A DNA stretch of 62,327 nt from Dehalococcoidia bacterium. GTDB lineage: Bacteria; Chloroflexota; Dehalococcoidia; Lucifugimonadales; UBA1127. A model generated the notes under the pieces. That model ran no database searches, was not told the DNA's origin, and saw only the letters and a program-made list of their open reading frames with translations. How positions within the stretch are numbered: position 1 is the first letter of the stretch; each line of letters starts with the position of its first letter. The stretch is from the NCBI GenBank assembly GCA_029936935.1, contig JAPYRQ010000003.1:1-62327 (forward strand), written 5' to 3'. Below, piece by piece: positions 57,446-62,327 of this stretch. A program made the translations under genes and the position numbers.

Positions 57446-59357
57446 ATACTTCGCGGAACTCGCCCTCAACAGTGTCGTCGGGCTTGTCCTCGTCAGCAGC
57501 ACCCTCACCTGGAGCGCCCTCTGCGCCGGGTTCGCCTTCACCGGGGCCGCCAGCCTGCTGGTAGACAGCCTCGCCCACCTTCTGCATGACGGCATTCAGT
57601 TCTTCCATCATTGTGCGGAGGGTTGCAACATCCTCGGTCTGTGCTCCTGCTGAAAGGGCTTCTCCCTTGGTCTGTATCTCCGTCTTCAGCTCTTCAGGAA
57701 TGTGTTCAGCCTGCTCCTCCAGTAACTTCTTGGCGCTGAAGCCCAACTGGCTGGCCGCGTTTCGGAGGTCTACCTCTTCCTTGCGTTCCTGGTCCTCAGA
57801 CGCGTGCTGTTCAGCGTCCGTCACCATCTGCTCGATTTCCTCCTTGGAAAGGCCGGAACTCGATTCGATGATGATCTTCTGCTCTTTTCCTGTCGCCTGG
57901 TCCTTCGCGGATACGCTGAGGATGCCGTTAGCGTCGATGTCGAACGTAACTTCAATCTTCGGTGTGCCCCGTTGTGCAGGCAGAATGCCATCCAGAGTGA
58001 ACTTGCCCACGGAGCGGTTGTCCGCTGCCATTGGCCGTTCCCCTTGGAGCACGTGAATCTCAACGCTCGGCTGGTTCTCTGACGCGGTGGTGAACACTTC
58101 TGACTTGGATGTTGGGATAGTGGTGTTCCTGGTGATGAGGGCATGGGACACCCCACCCTCAGTCTCCAGTCCCATGGTCAATGGCGTCACGTCCAGCAGC
58201 AGGATGTCCTGCACATCGCCTTTCAGAACGGCAGCTTGGAGGGCCGCACCTGCAGCAACTGCTTCGTCAGGGTTGACCGAGTGGTTGGGATCCTGTTGGA
58301 ACTTAGCCTTCACTCGCTCTATCACCGCTGGCATACGGGTCATCCCGCCGACCATGATGACTTCGTTGATATCGCTGACAGAGATACCGGCGTCTTTGAT
58401 CGCCTGGGTGCATGGGCCGTCCACGCGGGTCAGCAGGCCTTCCGTCATCTCCTCAAGCTGCGCACGGGTCAGGGTGCGGACAAGGTGCTTGGGGCCAGCG
58501 GAGTCTGCCGATACGAATGGAAGGTTTATCTCCGTCTGTGTTACCGAGGATAGTTCGACTTTGGCCTTCTCGGCTGCCTCCTTGAGGCGTTGCAGGGCCA
58601 TGCGGTCTGTGCTCAGGTCAATCGCAGTCTCCTGCTTGAACTCCTGCACCAGCCACTCCATCGCCTTCTGGTCGAAGTCGTCGCCGCCAAGATGGGTATC
58701 GCCAGCGGTTGAAAGCACCTCAAAGACGCCATCGCCTAGCCGTAGAACTGTGATGTCGAAGGTACCGCCACCAAGGTCGAACACCGCGATAGTCGCCTCA
58801 CTATGCTTGTCCATGCCGTAGGCCAACGCCGCCGCCGTGGGCTCGTTGATGATACGGAGCACGTCCAGTCCAGCAACCTTGCCGGCGTCTTTGGTGGCCT
58901 GTCGCTGCGCATCGTTGAAGTATGCGGGAACGGTGACCACAGCCTCGGTGATCGTCTCACCCAGCTTCGCTTCAGCGTCTGTCTTCATCTTCTGCAGGAT
59001 CATTGAAGAGATCTCCGGCGGGGAATAGGTCTTATCGCCCATGAACACGTGGGCATCGCCGTTGTCCGCCTTCTCGATCTTGTACGGGAGGCGTTTGATG
59101 TCTTCAACCACCACCGGATCGTCGATCTTGCGACCCATCAGTCGCTTTGCGGAGAAGACCGTGTGCTCCGGGTTCACGATGCCCTGGCGTTTTGCTGCCA
59201 GCCCCACGTATCGTTCACTGGTCTTTGGGTTGATTGCCACCACGGAGGGCGTCAGGCGTGAACCTTCAGCGTTCTCCAGAATGACGGGCACCCCGCCCTC
59301 CACATAGGACATCACCGAGTTGGTGGTGCCCAGGTCAATTCCTAATACTTTTGCCAT
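57444..59357 (-). CDS. dnaK: Chaperone DnaK
   Basis: [32 protein letters not shown]. Confidence 0.99.
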   Translation of the reverse strand: MAKVLGIDLGTTNSVMSYVEGGVPVILENAEGSRLTPSVVAINPKTSERYVGLAAKRQGIVNPEHTVFSAKRLMGRKIDDPVVVEDIKRLPYKIEKADNGDAHVFMGDKTYSPPEISSMILQKMKTDAEAKLGETITEAVVTVPAYFNDAQRQATKDAGKVAGLDVLRIINEPTAAALAYGMDKHSEATIAVFDLGGGTFDITVLRLGDGVFEVLSTAGDTHLGGDDFDQKAMEWLVQEFKQETAIDLSTDRMALQRLKEAAEKAKVELSSVTQTEINLPFVSADSAGPKHLVRTLTRAQLEEMTEGLLTRVDGPCTQAIKDAGISVSDINEVIMVGGMTRMPAVIERVKAKFQQDPNHSVNPDEAVAAGAALQAAVLKGDVQDILLLDVTPLTMGLETEGGVSHALITRNTTIPTSKSEVFTTASENQPSVEIHVLQGERPMAADNRSVGKFTLDGILPAQRGTPKIEVTFDIDANGILSVSAKDQATGKEQKIIIESSSGLSKEEIEQMVTDAEQHASEDQERKEEVDLRNAASQLGFSAKKLLEEQAEHIPEELKTEIQTKGEALSAGAQTEDVATLRTMMEELNAVMQKVGEAVYQQAGGPGEGEPGAEGAPGEGAADEDKPDDTVEGEFREV

Positions 59358-59387
59358 GTGTTGCCTCTCCTTGTCCTACGTTCTACG

Positions 59388-59987
59388 TTAGTTGTTTTCT
59401 GCTTTTGATGGTTCTTCCGTGCTCTCGGCCTCTGTGGCCTTTATAACCACTACCTGGGAGGGCCGAAGCACCTTCCCGTTCATCTTGTAACCCTGTCGAG
59501 TGACCTCAAGGACTTCGCCCTCTTTGCGACCCGGTACGTCCAGGTAGGATACGATCTCATGTTCCCAGGGGTTGAATGCGAGGCCTTCAGCTTCGATGCG
59601 CTGTAGCCCTTCGCCCTCAAGGATGTTGCTCAGCTTCCGCTCGATGAGTCTGAAGCCTTCCAGCCATCCATTGGCTGCTTCTGAACCTGCTGCCGTGGTC
59701 TGGCCCAGCGCACGTTCAATGTCGTCCAGAGCAGGGAGTATGCGAAGAATGACCTGTGACTTGGCACTGCCAAGTAGCTCCAGCTTCTCCTCGTCAGTTC
59801 GCTTTCGGAAGTTGGCGAAGTCCGCCTGCCCACGCTGGGCAAAGGCTTTGAACTGCACCTTCTCACGCTCTGCCTCTTCAAGCCGCTCTTGCATCAGTTC
59901 CATCTCTGTGGCTTCAGGGCCTGGGAGAAGGCTGCCGCTAGGGGCTTCTTCTTCGCCCTCGGTTGGTTCTTCGCTGAACTCTTTCAA
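59388..59987 (-). CDS. grpE: Nucleotide exchange factor GrpE
   Basis: ADFANFRKR, LPALDDIERAL, FNPWEHE, GY..NGKVLRPSQV. Confidence 0.96.
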   Translation of the reverse strand: MKEFSEEPTEGEEEAPSGSLLPGPEATEMELMQERLEEAEREKVQFKAFAQRGQADFANFRKRTDEEKLELLGSAKSQVILRILPALDDIERALGQTTAAGSEAANGWLEGFRLIERKLSNILEGEGLQRIEAEGLAFNPWEHEIVSYLDVPGRKEGEVLEVTRQGYKMNGKVLRPSQVVVIKATEAESTEEPSKAENN

Positions 59988-59997
59988 TCCGGCCTCC

Positions 59998-60519
59998 TTA
60001 TACTTGCGTGGGCGGCTCCATCAGCCGTGAATCCTGATCGTTGTAGTGGAGCAGCTCCAGCACGGACGACATAAGATGCTGCATGGCTTCCTGGCCGTTT
60101 GCGTCCAACTGTGTGCCCATCACCTTTTGCATGAGCTGGAGGCGGTTCACCATCTCCAGTGCAAGCTCTACACCCGCCAGGTTCATACCCCGGTCTTCAA
60201 CGAGGTGCTTGATCATGCGCAGGCGGCTGATATCCAAATCTGAGTAGTAACGGATCTGTCCACCGCTGCGGGAGGGGTTAACCAACCCCAAGCGCTCATA
60301 CTTTCGTAGCGTCTGAGGATGCATGTGCAGGATACGGGCCGTCACGCTGATGACGTAGACACCCTGAGAGGCTTCATCCTCTTCTGGTGTGGCCTGAGGC
60401 GGTGGGTCTGTTGGCTCAGGTAGCTGTGCGGGTTCATGCTGTGCTGCTGATTGCATACCGATATCCAGAGGGAATGATATCCCCGGGATGATGCGGATGC
60501 GACGGACTTTTGGAGCCAT
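59998..60519 (-). CDS. hspR: MerR-family heat-shock repressor HspR
   Basis: VYVISV.A.IL.MHPQTLRKYERLGLVNPSRS, GMNLAGV; first gene of the grpE-dnaK operon. Confidence 0.85.
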   Translation of the reverse strand: MAPKVRRIRIIPGISFPLDIGMQSAAQHEPAQLPEPTDPPPQATPEEDEASQGVYVISVTARILHMHPQTLRKYERLGLVNPSRSGGQIRYYSDLDISRLRMIKHLVEDRGMNLAGVELALEMVNRLQLMQKVMGTQLDANGQEAMQHLMSSVLELLHYNDQDSRLMEPPTQV

Positions 60520-60554
60520 AGAGCTAACCTATTCCTTGCCAGTGCGTTATTAAT

Positions 60555-60583
60555 AGAGTAATAGTTGATACGCGGCGTGTCAA
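60555..60583 (-). promoter_or_regulatory. Sigma70-type promoter of hspR-grpE-dnaK
   Basis: TTGACA-17-TACTCT on the minus strand. Confidence 0.65.
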
Positions 60584-60743
60584 GAGTTATACTGCTTGAT
60601 GCCGCAAGGATGTTGACCAGAAAATCGCGACGGAATCCGAAACGGATTTCATGCATCCAACCTGGCAGATGGAACGTTATACAAGGTAACAGCGTTCATA
60701 TACATGCAAGGCCCTTAGGGCCAAAAGGTAAAGGAGTTCCAGG

Positions 60744-60905
60744 ATGATCTATTTTAAGGCGTGTCCCAAGTGCAGGGGTGATATCCGTTTGCAAAACGAT
60801 GGTACCGGCGACGCTCTCCACTGCTTGCAGTGCGGATTTGAGCGAGCCGTTGCTCCCCATCTATTAGCAAAAGCTCGAGAGATGCGGAAGGTTCAAGCAG
60901 CCTAG
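60744..60905 (+). CDS. 53-aa zinc-ribbon protein
   Basis: MIYFKACPKCRGD...HCLQCGF; AAGGAG RBS; terminator follows; below the ORF-track cutoff. Confidence 0.8.
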   Translation: MIYFKACPKCRGDIRLQNDGTGDALHCLQCGFERAVAPHLLAKAREMRKVQAA

Positions 60906-60951
60906 CGTATTCACACTGACTCAGACGCCCTGCGTCTGCCTGCCTGATATA

Positions 60952-60981
60952 AAAGAAGGCCCCGTGATCGGGGCCTTCTTT
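60952..60981. terminator. Bidirectional terminator
   Basis: aaagaaggccccg / cggggccttcttt. Confidence 0.82.
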
Positions 60982-60998
60982 CATTTTGTGCACAACCC

Positions 60999-61470
60999 CT
61001 ACAGCGTTATGAACGACACTCTTGGAAGGGCTCCCATCATTTGCCAACTCACATCTTTGTCGCGCTGGAGCAAATCCAACCTGTCTTTGAGCTGCAGGTT
61101 GAGCGAGTTTGTCTGTACTCCCATGAACGTTGGTGTCAACGGCGCAAGGTGGGCGGAGCGCAGCCGTCAACTGCGTCTTTGCTGCAGTGGCGTTGTGACG
61201 CTCGATTTGGAGCAGCCCGACAGCCGTCTTGATGAGGGCGTAGTAGAACAGCTTCATGGGGTAGGGGGCTTCTAACCAGATCGCTTCCAATGATTCATGG
61301 GCTTCAAAGTACAACCCGTCGTTCAGTTGCTGAAGGCATTGAGAGAATGAGGGAGAAGGAGTCGGAGTGCCTGCGATAAGGGCGTTCACTCCCTCACTTT
61401 CGAGGCGAGCTAGCCAAAAAGCATCGTGAGCAGGCCGCGATGCAGGGATGTCGGCTGGTTTTGGGGTCAT
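60999..61470 (-). pseudogene. DUF309 protein with a +1 frameshift near 61152
   Basis: YFEAHESLEAIW motif; removing one C gives RHLAPLTPTFMGV... ending at a stop just before the terminator. Confidence 0.7.
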
Positions 61471-61476
61471 GCGACC

Positions 61477-62046
61477 TTAACCGTACCGTTGTTCCTTCCA
61501 AGGGTCGCCGACCATGTGGTACCCGCGTTGTTCCCAGAAGCCGGGCTTATCCTGAGCCATGAACTCTATGCCGTTGACCCACTTTGCGCTTTTCCACGCG
61601 TAAAGCTTGGGAACGATGAGTCGCAGCGGGCCGCCGTGGTCAACGCCCAGGTCTTCGCCCTCCTGCTTGTAGGCGAATATGACGTCGTCCTGCTGGAGGT
61701 CTAACAGCGATAAATTGGTGGTGTAGCCGCCGTAGCAGTGGAGCATGACATGGCTGGCCTCCGAGAGTGGCTTGATGAGTTTCATAATGTCCTGGATAGT
61801 GACGCCTTCCCACGCGTTGTCCAGTTGGCTCCATTGGGTCACACAGTGGAAGTCACTGGTCATGGCTGTTGCGGGTAACGCCTTGAACTCATCCCAGGAC
61901 CAGGTCAGCTCTTCTTCAACAAGGCCGAAGACCTTGAACTGCCAGGTCGCCATATCAACCTTGGGAGTGGAACCGAAGGTGAGGACAGGGAACTTATCGG
62001 TCAAGTACTGGCCTGCGGGGACTCGTGGGTCGCCTGTGTTCGCCAT
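61477..62046 (-). CDS. Sulfite oxidase-like molybdopterin oxidoreductase (YuiH-like)
   Basis: RVPAGQ, DFHCVTQWS, HGGPLRL, YAWKSAKW, GFWEQRGYH. Confidence 0.92.
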   Translation of the reverse strand: MANTGDPRVPAGQYLTDKFPVLTFGSTPKVDMATWQFKVFGLVEEELTWSWDEFKALPATAMTSDFHCVTQWSQLDNAWEGVTIQDIMKLIKPLSEASHVMLHCYGGYTTNLSLLDLQQDDVIFAYKQEGEDLGVDHGGPLRLIVPKLYAWKSAKWVNGIEFMAQDKPGFWEQRGYHMVGDPWKEQRYG

Positions 62047-62205
62047 ATCCTCATCAACTCCGTTAGGGTTTTGAACGGCACCTGCGCCGACAGAGAACAT
62101 CCGTGACGGCCACTGAAACATTCTTGCCTACTTCATAATCGCTGTTTGCGCCATCGTACCCACACAAATCAGGCCTGTCAAAACAATCTCTCAACATCCT
62201 GCTTA

Positions 62206-62244
62206 GGTAGCCGCCAGGAATATGGATCCAGGGCCTTGCTCTGG
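62206..62244 (+). repeat. REP-like element copy 7
   Basis: ggtagccgccaggaatatggat-ccagggc-ctt-gctctgg. Confidence 0.6.
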
Positions 62245-62247
62245 CTT

Positions 62248-62327
62248 CTAGATGTCGCCGGTCAGGAGATTCATCACCAATCCCGTCGGCAGCTTGGGCA
62301 TGAAGAAGGTGCTCTTTGGTGGCAGCC
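62248..62327 (-). CDS. DUF1015 family protein, C-terminal end (partial)
   Basis: LPPKSTFFMPKLPTGLVMNLL. Confidence 0.75.
   Translation of the reverse strand, partial: LPPKSTFFMPKLPTGLVMNLLTGDI

Noticed and set aside
34358-58821. Long antisense ORFs (e.g. 34358-35284, 39320-40252, 54305-55177, 58087-58821)
   Set aside because: Shadow frames of well-supported genes, with no motifs.
60520-60620. HAIR or CIRCE operator
   Set aside because: No adequate match to either consensus by eye.
1-62327. CRISPR array, rRNA, intact transposase or defence system
   Set aside because: No regularly spaced repeats and no recognisable cas, rRNA, transposase or defence genes.

Overview
Chromosomal window, most consistent with a Chloroflexota (Dehalococcoidia/SAR202-like) genome. 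This is inferred from gene content: four phthalate-dioxygenase-type Rieske paralogs, an LLM flavin monooxygenase, a xanthine-dehydrogenase-family operon, PAC2, and small Zn-ribbon proteins. Core genes are recF, ppdK, mutS2, amt-PII, hspR-grpE-dnaK, tRNA-Asn and initiator tRNA-Met. Accessory functions are aromatic catabolism (ligB plus three Rieske alpha subunits), a DevS/DevR-like two-component system with hemerythrin, selenoneine genes senA-senB, and several pseudogenes. The most notable unexplained signals are: (1) two promoters with identical DevR-box architecture, one driving the O2-dependent ligB/Rieske operon and one driving an unannotated ~120-nt sRNA next to the heme-GAF kinase, a candidate oxygen-sensing regulon; (2) an intact Rieske oxygenase paralog that has lost all three catalytic-iron ligands and carries a 3Cys-1His Rieske motif; (3) a ~40-bp REP-like repeat family with a covarying hairpin (7 copies plus one partial); (4) a 6S-like RNA; (5) an actinobacterial-type GlnR box upstream of amt; (6) a duplicated 57-bp promoter module in a small HTH cassette; (7) a direct-repeat-flanked islet at tRNA-fMet. 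All calls are by eye; no database searches were run.
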